Assembly (NCBI RefSeq): GCF_001194135.2
Contig: NC_068988.1
Coordinates: 72,205,256-72,269,255 of the forward strand
Length of the DNA stretch: 64,000 bases
DNA from: Octopus bimaculoides
Lineage: Eukaryota
Reading direction: 5' to 3'
Every line of letters starts with the position of its first letter. Position 1 is the stretch's first letter. Below the pieces are notes generated by a model. It had not been told where the DNA came from and ran no database searches. It worked only from the letters and a program-made list of their open reading frames with translations. Shown here one piece after another: positions 14,259-26,574 of this stretch. The translations under genes were made by a program, and so were the position numbers.

Positions 14259-15549
14259 TGTTGTTCATATTATCTCCAAATACCGAGATTTCGATTTAAC
14301 ACCTTAAATTTACTAATACTTTTCACTTTTAGTGTGCGTATGGGTGTGTATGGATATGTATATGTATATGTATGTATANNNNNNNNNNNNNNNNNNNNNN
14401 NNNNNNNNNNNNNNNNNNNNNNNNNNNNNNNNNNNNNNNNNNNNNNNNNNNNNNNNNNNNNNNNNNNNNNNNNNNNNNNNNNNNNNNNNNNNNNNNNNNN
14501 NNNNNNNNNNNNNNNNNNNNNNNNNNNNNNNNNNNNNNNNNNNNNNNNNNNNNNNNNNNNNNNNNNNNNNNNNNNNNNNNNNNNNNNNNNNNNNNNNNNN
14601 NNNNNNNNNNNNNNNNNNNNNNNNNNNNNNNNNNNNNNNNNNNNNNNNNNNNNNNNNNNNNNNNNNNNNNNNNNNNNNNNNNNNNNNNNNNNNNNNNNNN
14701 NNNNNNNNNNNNNNNNNNNNNNNNNNNNNNNNNNNNNNNNNNNNNNNNNNNNNNNNNNNNNNNNNNNNNNNNNNNNNNNNNNNNNNATATATATATATAT
14801 ATATACGTGTATGTATATGTGTGTCTGTGTGCACATTATATATTCCTATATGTGGGTGTGTTTGTGTCTGTGTTTGTTTCGTCTTAACAACCGTTGTTCT
14901 TGCTTTGTTTATGTCTCTGTACCATAACTCTTTGGCAAACAGAACCCGATATAATACCTACCAAACAAATACTGAGCTCCGTTTTACCAAACGTATTCAT
15001 CTACTGAAGTAGAGTCCTCAAGTTCCTTGTTGGAGTATTGCCTATGTAAAGAAGTATGTTGTTTCACTGAGTTTACAATGGCTCCTATGTAAAATTTTCC
15101 AATATTGTATGTAACTACCTCACATTGATGCACAACGCGTGCATTGCCCATTCAATGCGTAATCCGCAGTGATGCGGCATTTACATCCAGGTGATGGCGG
15201 CTTGAGCCAGACTGGTTGGTTGGGGGACACCAGTTCTGTAGTAGGTGGCAGGACGCATCCCTAGTATTTGCAACTTATGGTGTAAGGTCTAGATTCACAC
15301 AAATTCCGCGAATTCCCTGAAATTCCATCCCCCATATCATTACCTCCCTGCAGATTCTTCTGGAGCAGGCACCGAGGTCCATGTGAGCCGGGTTGAGGTT
15401 GACTCGAATGTAAGCCTCCGAATCTACCATTTCCAATAAGTAGATCCATGTATTATATTCGGCAAGCTTCAGCCGATTTGAAACAACTGTAACACTGGCC
15501 CCATTTGGTGCGGCTGGGTACGAAAGTTTCATGGTATTCTTGTTGAAAT

Positions 15550-16460
15550 GCTACGGTACCTAAGCTACGAAGGAAAAGCTTTTTTGTGGGGGGATCTGGA
15601 AAAGAATTCTGAGGATGTTGGTTTTGAGTTAGACAAGAAGAGCTGCCCATACCAAATAACCTCTTTCTTTTCTTGTCTACCACCTGGGTGGGTCATCCCT
15701 TCATGTGGGAGGAGAGGAGACTTTGGTTTAATGCCCAAAGGTACCAGTTCCAAACACCGGATCGTACTCCGTACGCCTCTCTATTAATGGACATGGGACC
15801 ATTGCGAAGTTAGACCGTCGCCGCGGTGAGTTGCTACATCATTTAACTTATGGGTCGGCTGCGGGCCCGAAGGCTATTCGACACGTATTGAGTAGGCCAA
15901 TTTTCAGCGTGTTCCCACAACTATTGCGACACTCTGTACCTCTTCAGCTCTTGTGTGCAAGTTTAAGTTTGGTGTGCAGGATAAATTATAAATATCATTT
16001 AAAGCCTGCTCTCTTGGAATCCTCATTTTTGTAGACGATACATTTGGTGGAAAGGTTGAAGATCATAATCGAGATATTCCTAACCAATCCGTCGACGACA
16101 TACCTGGATGATGTAAACGTAATGGGGCTTCTCGTTGAGTTTGATGTACGACTGATATTGTGAATTTAGACCTAATGTAAAATTAATCTTCTAAAGTTAA
16201 TCTTCTAACTGCACTTTTTGAAAGATATAGAGAGATAGTATTGCCGAAAAAAGTGGAGACGTTTTATAAGCCTCTACATCACTGACTGGGAACATCCAGA
16301 AGTAATTAGAAAAGCGTTATCCCTATAGAGTCAACCAAACTCCTGGTTCGGAAAGTTTTCCTTCAGACAGTAGAGTATATATAGACTTAAAAGAACAATT
16401 TGCCACATCAAGCTCATCAGCCCTAAGCTGCCTAAACCAATGGTCAACGCCCTGGTAAGA
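15550..16460 (+). mobile_element. Possible heavily decayed Gypsy-like LTR retrotransposon pol fragment
   Basis: TTYLDDVNVMG (YLDD RT motif) at about 16086-16118 and LISPKLPKPMVNA (similar to HYDPKLPIIVAADAS before RNase H) at about 16413-16450. GC is locally higher and many stops are present. Confidence 0.35.
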
Positions 16461-17229
16461 AATCAAATAATTAGACAATAACAATGACAATAGAATTAGC
16501 AAGTACATCAGCTACAACTTCGGGCCGTAAATGAGGGTCAAATGGCCTTTAGCTAGTTGATTGTCAATTTCTATGGTAACAGCTACATTCAGTTATCCGG
16601 CAGACAAAGAGTGGTTTGACTTCAACTTTAACATTATCTCCTTACTCTCCTTTCTACCATTCTCACCTTTTTACGTCCTACATACTTGCGTACACAAAAT
16701 TGTTGATTTATACGCAGTGTATATCAGCAGCGTTTGCTTCAGTTGTGCGTGCGGATGCAGGGGCGCGCGATCGAGTGTGTGTGTGTGTGTGTGTGTGCGT
16801 GTGTGTGTGCGTGTATGTGTGTGTGTAAGTACCTGCTGTATACGTGTGGATGCGCGTACCTGTTTAGGATGTGTGTATGGATGATTGGTGAACGTATGTA
16901 AATTCCTGTATTTATATATGTACGTATGAATGTGTGCGTGTTTGTCTAGAACATGTATGCATGCGTGTGTTTTGTTTGGTGCGTGAGTGCGTGTACAGCT
17001 ATGTGCATGCTTTTGATATATATGTTTGTTGCAACGGCGTTGCTGTAAGGGAAGAGCGTTGGATTAAAGCTTGGTAGTGTTAGGGATAGGAAGAAAGACA
17101 GGAAAAGCATCCCTACACAGATGTATGCATGTGTATGTGTGCACGCATACTCACGTATATAGAGACACAAGTAGGTTACAGGGGACGCATAAGATAGGAA
17201 GGTCAGCCTCCTGCGGTTTACATAGGCAT

Positions 17230-17750
17230 CGGTGGTTAGGAACTCCATTCTGACATCCAGGTCGCTTATATTGGTGAATTACCTAGCGAAATCCAAGCCC
17301 TTCAGGAGAGGTTTCGATATAGAAGAGTAGAAGTACATGATGTTAAACTGTGTGGATCTGCAGGCTGATTTATTCTCGATACTGCGGAACTAGCTGATCA
17401 CAATTGCACTGGAATCCAATTCGATCAACCCGGTGGCCCTTCTAATATCTGAGTTGATAGTATTAAGAAAGTGCTTACTGGCAATGCCTATCTGGCTTTG
17501 AGAGGATTTGATCAGTCTGCATTTGGAGTTGGAAAAATAAATTGTGTAAATGATTTATGGATGATATGGGGGTGGGTCGCATTGTTTTCTATATCAGAGG
17601 TCACGAATTCTTGTCCGGCTGACTCTGAGTATGCACCATTGAAAAGGCCCAAAAAGGCTGAAATACATCTGGCACATTCGCTGGCCACTGCTCGGACGAA
17701 TTTTACGATATTTAATGTGCTTTTTTTACACAGCACATTCATAAGAGTTA
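17230..17750 (-). mobile_element. Possible decayed LINE endonuclease-region fragment
   Basis: Only weak resemblance (LDFAR*FTNISDLDVR vs LDLVFTNNPDLI); GC-richer than flanks; multiple stops. Confidence 0.25.
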
Positions 17751-17989
17751 TTATCTCAGAACCATTTCTGCAATAACTAGTCTATCATTATTTACACTTA
17801 GAAGCAACGAAGCATAAGTACCTGAGGAAGGTACTTTACACAAAACCAACTGGCAGGTAATGTCTTCAAAGCAGTCAATAAATATGCCATACCAGTGTCA
17901 TATTCTGATCCTTTTGGGAAGTGGACAAAAACAGAGCTACAGGAATTGGACAGGACATGAAAGGTGCTTACAATTCATCTGTACAGTAC

Positions 17990-18860
17990 CCTAAAAGTTC
18001 ATATCGACACGCTCTACTAACCTAGAAGAGCTGGGGCAGAAGTTAATGAAATACAGAAGAGACCATCAATGCTACGATTTATGATTTGGAAAACTAATAT
18101 GTGACTTGTGATAGAAAAGAGTATTACCTGCGGATAGAAATAGCGAAGAATCACTGAAACAGTGAGAGAATTCAAGAACAGAAAGATGAACAACCGGGCA
18201 AGGAATTATATTGTCAATTAATGCAACAAAGCGAGGATGTTGAAAGTAATGAAAGCTTGTTATGGCTGAGACTTAACAACCTGATACGAGAAACTGAATT
18301 GCTGATTATAGCCGTTCAGGCACAAGCCATTGTGGCAGCTAAATGTGCATTGGAATGTTAACTAAGTCTATTGAAGTGAAGTGACAAAATAATGTATGAA
18401 CACAAGTCAGCGACTATAATTGTAAATAAGCTTTACAGAATTTATGGATTTCTTCAGAAACTACCCAAACTAGTGAAGCAAGAAGATCAAATATATTCAT
18501 AGAAGACAGAAAAAGCAAATTGTGTAGGATCATTGACTTTCCATACCATTTCGTAGCAGAATGAATATCAAAGAAAATGGGGAAAATCAGAAACTTGCAA
18601 GGGTGATGAAGAAGTTGTGAGACACAGGAGTCAAAAAAGGGTATCTGTGATAATTGGAGCATTTGGTACAATACCCAAACTGGTACCTAAAAGGAACTGA
18701 GACACCTATTATTCACCTGCCGTAAGAAGTGTCATCCTGTAGGTGTACTAAGATACATTCTTGAGATTTGAGGAGACTTATTACCAAACCTCAGGACAAC
18801 ACCTCTGGTAATTAAATGAATATGCAATAACTTTTGTATAATAATAATAATAATAATAGA
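17990..18860 (+). mobile_element. R4/Dong-like RLE LINE 3' fragment with (TAA)n tail
   Basis: Frameshifted motifs in order: RRAGAEV (RKEGGRGL-like), RETELLIIAVQAQA (ETEGLIIAAQDQA), ILQNLWISS (ILWDF), KLCRIIDF, VIIGAFGTIPK, then a short 3' UTR ending in (TAA)n at about 18838-18858. Confidence 0.75.
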
Positions 18861-19026
18861 ACAACACTATGTACAAATCCTTCTCTAGAACAACACTATG
18901 TACAAATCCAAATATATGGTACCCTAGGCATAACACCTACATGAACTTCTAACTTGTTGTCTCTTGAGGTCTCTGGGTGAGACTCGGATCCAACTTGTAC
19001 AAATGCAAAGCAAAAGTCAAACATAA

Positions 19027-19029
<3 letters not shown>

Positions 19030-19120
<91 letters not shown>
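19030..19120. repeat. (TAA)n microsatellite
   Basis: About 30 perfect AAT units. Confidence 0.95.
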
Positions 19121-19123
<3 letters not shown>

Positions 19124-19324
19124 CTTTCTACTAAAGGAACAAGGCCTGAAATTTGTTGTTGGGTACTAGTCGATTATATCAACTCCAGTGTTTCACTGAT
19201 GCTTAATTTATCGACCCCAAAAAGATGAAAGGCAAAGTTGACCCCGGTGGAATTGTACTCAGTGTGAAAAGTGCCGCTAAGAATTTTCCTGGCGTGTTAA
19301 CGATTCTTCCAGCTCGCCGCCTTC
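19121..19324 (-). mobile_element. tRNA-derived SINE family A inserted in (TAA)n
   Basis: Full-length match to the family consensus, flanked on both sides by long (AAT)n. Confidence 0.85.
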
Positions 19325-19403
<79 letters not shown>

Positions 19404-19434
19404 CAACAACAATAACAATGAATAATTAAAATAA

Positions 19435-19960
19435 TAATGGTTTCTGATCTTAATTGATTGGAAGTGTTATCATGTACATTGTTTTGTCTTGGTATAATAG
19501 ATGGGCTACAGCAAATATTCTGCTCAATACCACAGATTTACTAGTCAGTTGTTTGCTAGTCAGTTGAGCATGTCCCTTGGTGGCTGACGATATGTGCAAC
19601 TCTGATCATGAGCAGAAGTAGTGGGGGGAGCATCATAGCCATTGTCGAGAAGAATTCTTTGGGGTTTGAATAATTCAGTTTTGGAAACATGGGTGTTTTG
19701 CTCAACATCCTTAAACAAAACTTATTCAGGGACCTTTTGAGCGGGTTGGGCTACTCGACCTGAAGGAAATTCTAACTGGGCCCCACCTGCGAGGTCATGC
19801 GCTGTTTATCTTGATATGAGATCACCATGTCGTGCACATATGGTTGTGATGCATGTGCCTGGTGTACCCTTATCAGACAGGTAGTTATGATGTGAATACT
19901 GGGCTTCGTACATTTTACCCTAGTGTCACTTTGATGGTATGCACTGCTCTCTCACACAAT
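19435..19960. mobile_element. Unclassified non-coding element of about 520 bp bounded by (TAA)n tracts
   Basis: GC-richer non-coding block sharply bounded by (AAT)n on both sides. Single copy in this window, so repeat status is inferred. Confidence 0.45.
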
Positions 19961-20212
19961 AATAATAATAATAATAATGATAATAATAATAATAATAAGA
20001 AGAAGAAGAAGAAGGAAAAAATAATGATAATAATAATCTATTATANNNNNNNNNNNNNNNNNNNNNNNNNNNNNNNNNNNNNNNNNNNNNNNNNNNNNNN
20101 NNNNNNNNNNNNNNNNNNNNNNNNNNNNNNNNNNNNNNNNNNNNNNNNNNNNNNNNNNNNNNNNNNNNNNNNNNNNNNNNNNNNNNNNNNNNNNNNNNNN
20201 NNNNNNNNNNNN

Positions 20213-20264
<52 letters not shown>

Positions 20265-20292
20265 TCACTACACCACTACACCATATGCCCAC

Positions 20293-20363
20293 GGGCATAT
20301 GGTGTAGTGGTTAAGAGCGCGGGCTACTAACCTCAAGATTCCGAGTTCGATTCCAGGCAGTGA

Positions 20364-20397
<34 letters not shown>
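20293..20397 (+). mobile_element. Short tRNA-derived SINE (A/B boxes) with (AAT)n tail; not a canonical tRNA gene
   Basis: GGGCATATGGTGTAGTGGTTAAGAGCGCGGGCTACTAACCTCAAGATTCCGAGTTCGATTCCAGGCAGTGACCTG has A box TGGTGTAGTGG and B box GAGTTCGATTCC. Acceptor and anticodon stems do not pair properly; followed by (AAT)10. Confidence 0.75.
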
Positions 20398-20398
<1 letters not shown>

Positions 20399-20399
20399 T

Positions 20400-20778
20400 G
20401 CCCTGCTGTTGTACCAGGCACATTGGACGCCATGCCAGTTTTAAGTGCTTCTTCTAATTTCTTAATTAAGTCTCTCTCTATTCTATTTCGGTCTGTCGCT
20501 AAAGCCTTGCTATACCCAATTGATTCTGCTTTAATTGATCTCTTTAGGGAAAACCATCATTTGTAGTTGACGATGGCCCCCGTCAACGCCCTATTAACTA
20601 ATGAGCTAATTCTGCTGTTGGTTGTGTTGATTGGTTGGGTTGGTTGAGTTGGTTTGTTGTTTTGTGGAGCTGTTTCATCCTTTCGTGGAGCTCTTTCAAT
20701 TTTTGTGTTGATGGCGATGTTGGTAACAGTGTTGGTTTGCGGTTAGTGTTTTCTTTCTGTTGTTGCTGCTGTTGCTGT

Positions 20779-20814
<36 letters not shown>

Positions 20815-21230
20815 TTGTTTTTGCTGCTGTTGCTCCTTCAATATTGCGCAGTCAATTTTTAAGTGGTTTTTGCTTCTACAAAGGTGAGAGAGTGGTCTTC
20901 TGTCTTCAACGGCGACATGTAAGGTTGTACCGTCTAGCAGTTTTATAAGATCTGGTACATTTTCTATCGTCTCTTGCTTGGCTTGAACCAAGTGTTAGAA
21001 CGCCTGACTTACCCAGTTTTGTTGTTCGAGGACGGCAATTTCCAAGATGTTAATAACTTCCTCGAAATTGTAGCAGATGGCTGACACCAGCCATCGTGCT
21101 TCAATTTCAAGGGGTACATCTTTAATTTTTATTTTTGTAACCCTACGACCTAGATACGTAGGGATCATTACTATTTCATCTGGCTGCTGTCCAATGACTG
21201 GAACAAGTAAAAGAGTATCTGAGGAACGTA
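20400..21230 (-). mobile_element. Decayed gag-like ORF1 of a non-LTR retrotransposon (zinc knuckle), with CAA-repeat expansion
   Basis: LHVAVEDRRPLSHLCRSKNHLKIDC resembles the V(T)VEGRRPxCxxCxxxGHxxxxC CCHC knuckle with the first Cys mutated; a poly-Q tract comes from (CAA)n. Confidence 0.55.
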
Positions 21231-22174
21231 TGTGATGGTGAAAATTTAGAATAAAACTTAAGTCTAAATGAAGTGTTTAAAAGTAACAAGTTGTTTTAAA
21301 TATTCTTATCATAGAAACAAGTATCTTTTGGTGCATAATGAAGTTGTATAGTAAACACGAAACGACGAAAATGACGCAATTAACATAAATTACTTTGTTT
21401 AGACTTGATGATGCTTTTATATATATATATATTGAATTGCATTAGAGTTCAGGGATGTAATATAATTGTCCGAAACAAATTCCTTTGAGTTAGAATTTGG
21501 TATATCAGATTTTTAAAATTTAAATGTAGTTCTAGCATTATTGAATGAGGGATACATATGCTTTCACGAGGATGCACTTGTTTCAGCATCCATCACAAGA
21601 AATGCTATGGAAGTGGTCGAAGTTGCTTCGGCTTCTTCTGGCAAATGGTATAAGAATTGGAAAAACATTGAACAAGATCAAGAAGTCCGAAATGCCAGTA
21701 AAGTATCGAAGACAAAAATTTCGAAAAAGAAATTATGCAATTTAAATTTTTGAACATGTGAAACTTGTTTGATTTTAGATAAACGTTATCTAAAAATAAC
21801 ATTATAATAAAAATCAAATGAAATGAAGTAAGTCTCATCCAATATTTCACTGGAGCATGAAGCTACTGAAGATAAAAGATTACCCTCCTTATTTGGAAAA
21901 AAAGTAGTAGATTTTATTTAACCAGTGACGTTAACATTTATCCTCAACAAAGAAGAGCGTTTGTTTCTTCTTAATGTATAATATTTGACTTGATTCTAAG
22001 CCTTAAAACATAAATAATGAGAAATAGCTATCCGGAGAACTATTCTTATATTTCAGCAACAAATTCAGTAGACTTTAGTCAAAACTTCACTATATTCGCC
22101 AATCTCTGATCACATGTAAACACGTTATATCTCTATCTTTAACAGTTCTCCGTATATCAAGACTACGCCTTGAT

Positions 22175-22490
22175 TTTAAGGACGTGGTTTCAGGTTCAGC
22201 ACCATTGCGTGGCACCTTGAGAAAGTATTTTCTACCTATAACCACGGGCTAACAAATGCCCTGTGAGTGGTTTTGATAAACGGAAACTATGTAGAGACCT
22301 GCCCTACATGTATTTATGTTTGCGTTTGCCTCTGTGTTTATTCCCACCACCACCACCACTGCTTAACAACCAGCATTGGTTTTTTTGTATCCCTGTAACT
22401 TAGCGATTCGACAAAAGATCGATACAACAACTACCAGACTTTAAAAATAAGCACTGGTGTCGATTTGATAGACTAAACTCTTCAAGACAG
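22175..22490 (+). mobile_element. CORE-type SINE (family B with 3' tail domain)
   Basis: GGTTCAGCACCATTGCGTGGCACCTTGAGAAAGT...GTGAGTGG...GGAAACT head, then CTTAACAACC...GTAACTTAGCGATTCG...GTCGATTTG tail. Confidence 0.75.
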
Positions 22491-22614
22491 TCCCATGAGT
22501 GAAAGAAGTAAAAGATACCATATACCAACAATATTTCTGTCGTTTGCTCTTTCGATTCTATGATACAACACTTACTCCCTCGCAAATACAAGACTTACTC
22601 CCTCGCATACTCAC

Positions 22615-22690
22615 CTGTTACTCCCACTTTGTCTATGTGCTGACTATCCAGCTCTTTTATTTCCTGCTGTCATTACAAATTGACTGTTGG
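22615..22690 (-). other. Candidate 76-nt non-coding exon (UTR or lncRNA)
   Basis: Minus strand: acceptor ttttaccctttcAG| and donor CAG|GTGAGT (exact coordinates); stops in all three frames. Confidence 0.35.
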
Positions 22691-24618
22691 CTGAAAGGGT
22701 AAAATTTTTATTTCCATTGACATGGTAATTTGCTGAAACTGAAAAGTAAAATAAATTCTTAGAAAATATGTATAAATTTTACATATAAACCGTTCCACGT
22801 ACGCAATTACGGTAGCTTTAATTTGTTTTATTTTATGCTTGCATATTCCAAATGAATTAACTTGGTAATTTTATTCATGGGCACCTGCGTGGTAAGAAGT
22901 TTGCTTCCCAACTACAGGCTTCAGAGTACAGTGTCGTGTATATTTGTTTATATACCTGTCTTCGTATTTTGTTTTCTGTAAATTTCAGCTATATATATAT
23001 ATATATNNNNNNNNNNNNNNNNNNNNNNNNNNNNNNNNNNNNNNNNNNNNNNNNNNNNNNNNNNNNNNNNNNNNNNNNNNNNNNNNNNNNNNNNNNNNNN
23101 NNNNNNNNNNNNNNNNNNNNNNNNNNNNNNNNNNNNNNNNNNNNNNNNNNNNNNNNNNNNNNNNNNNNNNNNNNNNNNNNNNNNNNNNNNNNNNNNNNNN
23201 NNNNNNNNNNNNNNNNNNNNNNNNNNNNNNNNNNNNNNNNNNNNNNNNNNNNNNNNNNNNNNNNNNNNNNNNNNNNNNNNNNNNNNNNNNNNNNNNNNNN
23301 NNNNNNNNNNNNNNNNNNNNNNNNNNNNNNNNNNNNNNNNNNNNNNNNNNNNNNNNNNNNNNNNNNNNNNNNNNNNNNNNNNNNNNNNNNNNNNNNNNNN
23401 NNNNNNNNNNNNNNNNNNNNNNNNNNNNNNNNNNNNNNNNNNNNNNNNNNNNNNNNNNNNNNNNNNNNNNNNNNNNNNNNNNNNNNNNNNNNNNNNNNNN
23501 NNNNNNNNNNNNNNNNNNNNNNNNNNNNNNNNNNNNNNNNNNNNNNNNNNNNNNNNNNNNNNNNNNNNNNNNNNNNNNNNNNNNNNNNNNNNNNNNNNNN
23601 NNNNNNNNNNNNNNNNNNNNNNNNNNNNNNNNNNNNNNNNNNNNNNNNNNNNNNNNNNNNNNNNNNNNNNNNNNNNNNNNNNNNNNNNNNNNNNNNNNNN
23701 NNNNNNNNNNNNNNNNNNNNNNNNNNNNNNNNNNNNNNNNNNNNNNNNNNNNNNNNNNNNNNNNNNNNNNNNNNNNNNNNNNNNNNNNNNNNNNNNNNNN
23801 NNNNNNNNNNNNNNNNNNNNNNNNNNNNNNNNNNNNNNNNNNNNNNNNNATTATCGAAATAAGACAATTTTTTACATGAAATAAATTCGAATACAAAAAT
23901 ATTTTTCTGTTCTATAACACAAAATATACGAAGTTTGAAAGTCTTTCGGTACCAAAAACACTACGTAAAACATTAATGAAAAATGTGGCCCCCGTTTTAA
24001 AAAAGATCCGATAATTGAGTTAAAATTTCGATCTCCAACTCGCCTACACCCAGTTGTTAATTCACTTTCGCCGTCTCCCACTTCCTACCCCAGTTTCTCT
24101 ATGTCTCTCTCTCTCTCTCTCTCTCTCTTTCCCTCAGTCTCTTTTTGTACTGCTAAAACATACACCTACGCACACGATCGGCGCAAGAGTGAAATTGCAA
24201 TGGTAGTTAAAATGACAGCTTATCACTCACTTTCTTTCTCCTTCCCTTTTTTTCCCCTCTCTCATTTTCTCTCGCTTCCTTGTTCCTTCTCCGTTACGAA
24301 CGGTCCAACGGAAACCCAACAAACAATGGCTTTTATATAGTTAGTTTTATAAAGTGAAGCAGTAGATGTACGGAAAAAGGAAAGAGTAAAAGGAATGCAG
24401 GAGCTGTATTGAAATAGGTGAAGGGTAAAATTAAAGCAGTTATTTAATGGAGAGTATAAAAACACAAACAAGATGAAGAGTAATTTTATATTTTATTATA
24501 AACAATATTTATACAAAAACGACAATTCAAAACAGAATGATGCGGAAGTATATACGTAATACATACATATACATAAAAATATGTATGTGCATGTATACAT
24601 ATGTATGTGTTTAATATA

Positions 24619-26073
24619 CAGGCATATCTCGGCCTAAGTCGTTTCGATTTAAGTCGTTCTCGATTATACGTCAGTTTTCAGAAATAATATATGGGAAAAT
24701 AAAAATCAAGTTAAGTCATTTTACTCGACTTTACGTCTGTCTGCCACAAATATTGGAATCGTAAAATCATTTGAAAACCATTAAAAGCACCAAAAACAAA
24801 AAAATCATGTTACTGTACAATAAATAAGAATAAAAACATATAAAATCATATTTTTTAAAAAAAGTACAGTAAATGTTAAGATAACACATCATAGAGTAGT
24901 GTAGCTTAGTGAACGAAATCATGAAATCAACTGTGTTTTCTTATCGGTCTTTCGGAGCTCATATTGCACTGTAGTTCCAATAACTACCATTAGGCATCGT
25001 TGTTACTTGTGATTCCTGCGATTGTTTTGAATTCAGATTTGTTTATGTCTGTTTATTGGCTACTTTCTCATTCTCATTCATTTGTGACTTTATTTTTTGC
25101 TCCCATGGCGCTTAAAAAAATTCATAGAGAAAGCACTAAGCGTTATACGCTGGAAGATAAACTGGCTATGATAAAACGCCATGATAAAGGTGAAAAAGTG
25201 GTAGCAATTGCACGATCTTTTGGGATGAGTCGGATAACTGTATCGAAGATTGTACAAAATAAGATCACGATTTTAGCACATGGTGACTACGAGCAAAGAA
25301 CTGGAAATGAATCTGGAGGAGGAGGATTGCACAGACTTACTTGAAAAAGACAAGCAGCTTCTGACGAATGGGGATTTGATAGAGCTTCACGAGCAGCAAA
25401 GTAAAGAAGTGGAAATCAAACCTGCGCCACATCACTTTACCATTAAGAAAATGCAGCAAGCATTTGCATATATTGAAAAAGGTCTTTCTGTGTTCGAGGA
25501 TATGGATCAAAATGCTCAACGCTTTTCCAAGATTATGGGGGTCTGTCACGAAGCTTTTGCTCCTTATAATATAATCCTTGAGAAAAAAAAACAGTTCAAG
25601 GAACTCTCAACCGGTTTTTTAAGTGCATCGAACAGCAAGAACAGAGGCATTGTTGATGTTAACGATCCACAGACATCTACACTCGCGATGTAAACCGCGA
25701 TGTAAACCACTAAATTGTATTTACGTAAATTTAAAATAATTTAGTTTCTTTACTATTGCAAAATAACAATAATTACTGAATTTGTTTTTAAGTTTAAAAA
25801 AGGATTTTATTTTACCATGTCATATTGCAAACCGCATTAATAAATAAAGCGTCCGCAGTGTACAGTAAGCGCCGACAAATTGTATTCGTAAGTTTAGATT
25901 ACTTTTTGTTTTACTGTACTGTATTAAAAAATAAAAATTATTAACCATGTATTATTGAAAATGCATTCATGACGTACAGAACTGGGAATGGTTATTATCG
26001 GTTTAGCCTAGAGACAAGTAAATTCGGTCTAGACTAGCCTAGAGACAAGTTAATTCGACTTAAGTCATGTCTG
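24619..26073 (+). mobile_element. Internally deleted Tigger/pogo-like DNA transposon
   Basis: Left end TA-CAGGCATATCTCG (Tigger-like TIR) and degenerate right end CGACTTAAGTCATGTCTG. CENP-B-type HTH YTLEDKLAMIKRHDKGEKVVAIARSFGMSRITVSKIVQNK is joined directly to the Tigger C-terminal region (LTNGDLIEL...FTIKKMQQAFAYIEKGL...EDMDQN). The DDE core is missing. Confidence 0.85.
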
Positions 26074-26132
26074 CTGGAAACAATTAACAACGTAGGGTGA
26101 GGTATGCCTGCATATCTATGCCTGCATGTAAT

Positions 26133-26350
26133 CATTGTTGGCTTCAAATTTTCGCCAAAGGCCAGCAATTTGGAGGTCGGGGCTAATTCGATTACCTCAA
26201 CCACAATGTTCAGCTGGTGCTTATTTTATAAACTCAGAAAGGATGGAAGACAAGGTCGACCTCGGCAGCGATTGAGCTCAGAGCATAAAGACTAACGAAA
26301 TGCCGTTAAGCATTTTGCTCACCATACTAATGACTCTGCCAGCACGCTAT
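26133..26350 (-). mobile_element. tRNA-derived SINE family A
   Basis: Reverse-complement match to consensus (GGATGGAAGACAAGGTCGACCTCGGC...TAAGCATTTTG...GACTCTGCCAGC). Confidence 0.8.
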
Positions 26351-26379
26351 CCTCATCCCTTAGGAAAATATTAATTTAA

Positions 26380-26520
26380 AATTTTGGCATAAGGCCAGCA
26401 AGTTTAGGGGATGGGTAAGTCGGTTACATTGAAATCAATGCTCAACTGGTACTTATTTTATCGACCCTTCAAGGATGAAAGGTAAAGTTGACTTCGGCAG
26501 AATTTGAACTCGAAACGAGG
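26380..26520 (-). mobile_element. SINE family A, 3' half
   Basis: GGTACTTATTTTATCGACCCTTCAAGGATGAAAGGTAAAGTTGACTTCGGCAGAATTTGAACTC. Confidence 0.8.
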
Positions 26521-26574
26521 TGTGTATGAAAAGTCTTGAACCTCATAAACACAAAACATGGTACAAGACTTCTC

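Noticed and set aside
16385-16430. CTGATGAGC...GCAAA as a hammerhead
   Set aside because: GAAA is incomplete and there is no stem I or III pairing.
20293-20367. Possible tRNA-Ser(ACT-like) gene
   Set aside because: Acceptor and anticodon stems do not pair and an (AAT)n tail follows; this is a SINE head.
21541-21850. Overlapping 66-81-aa ORFs
   Set aside because: No identifiable domain; possibly an old transposon but unsupported.
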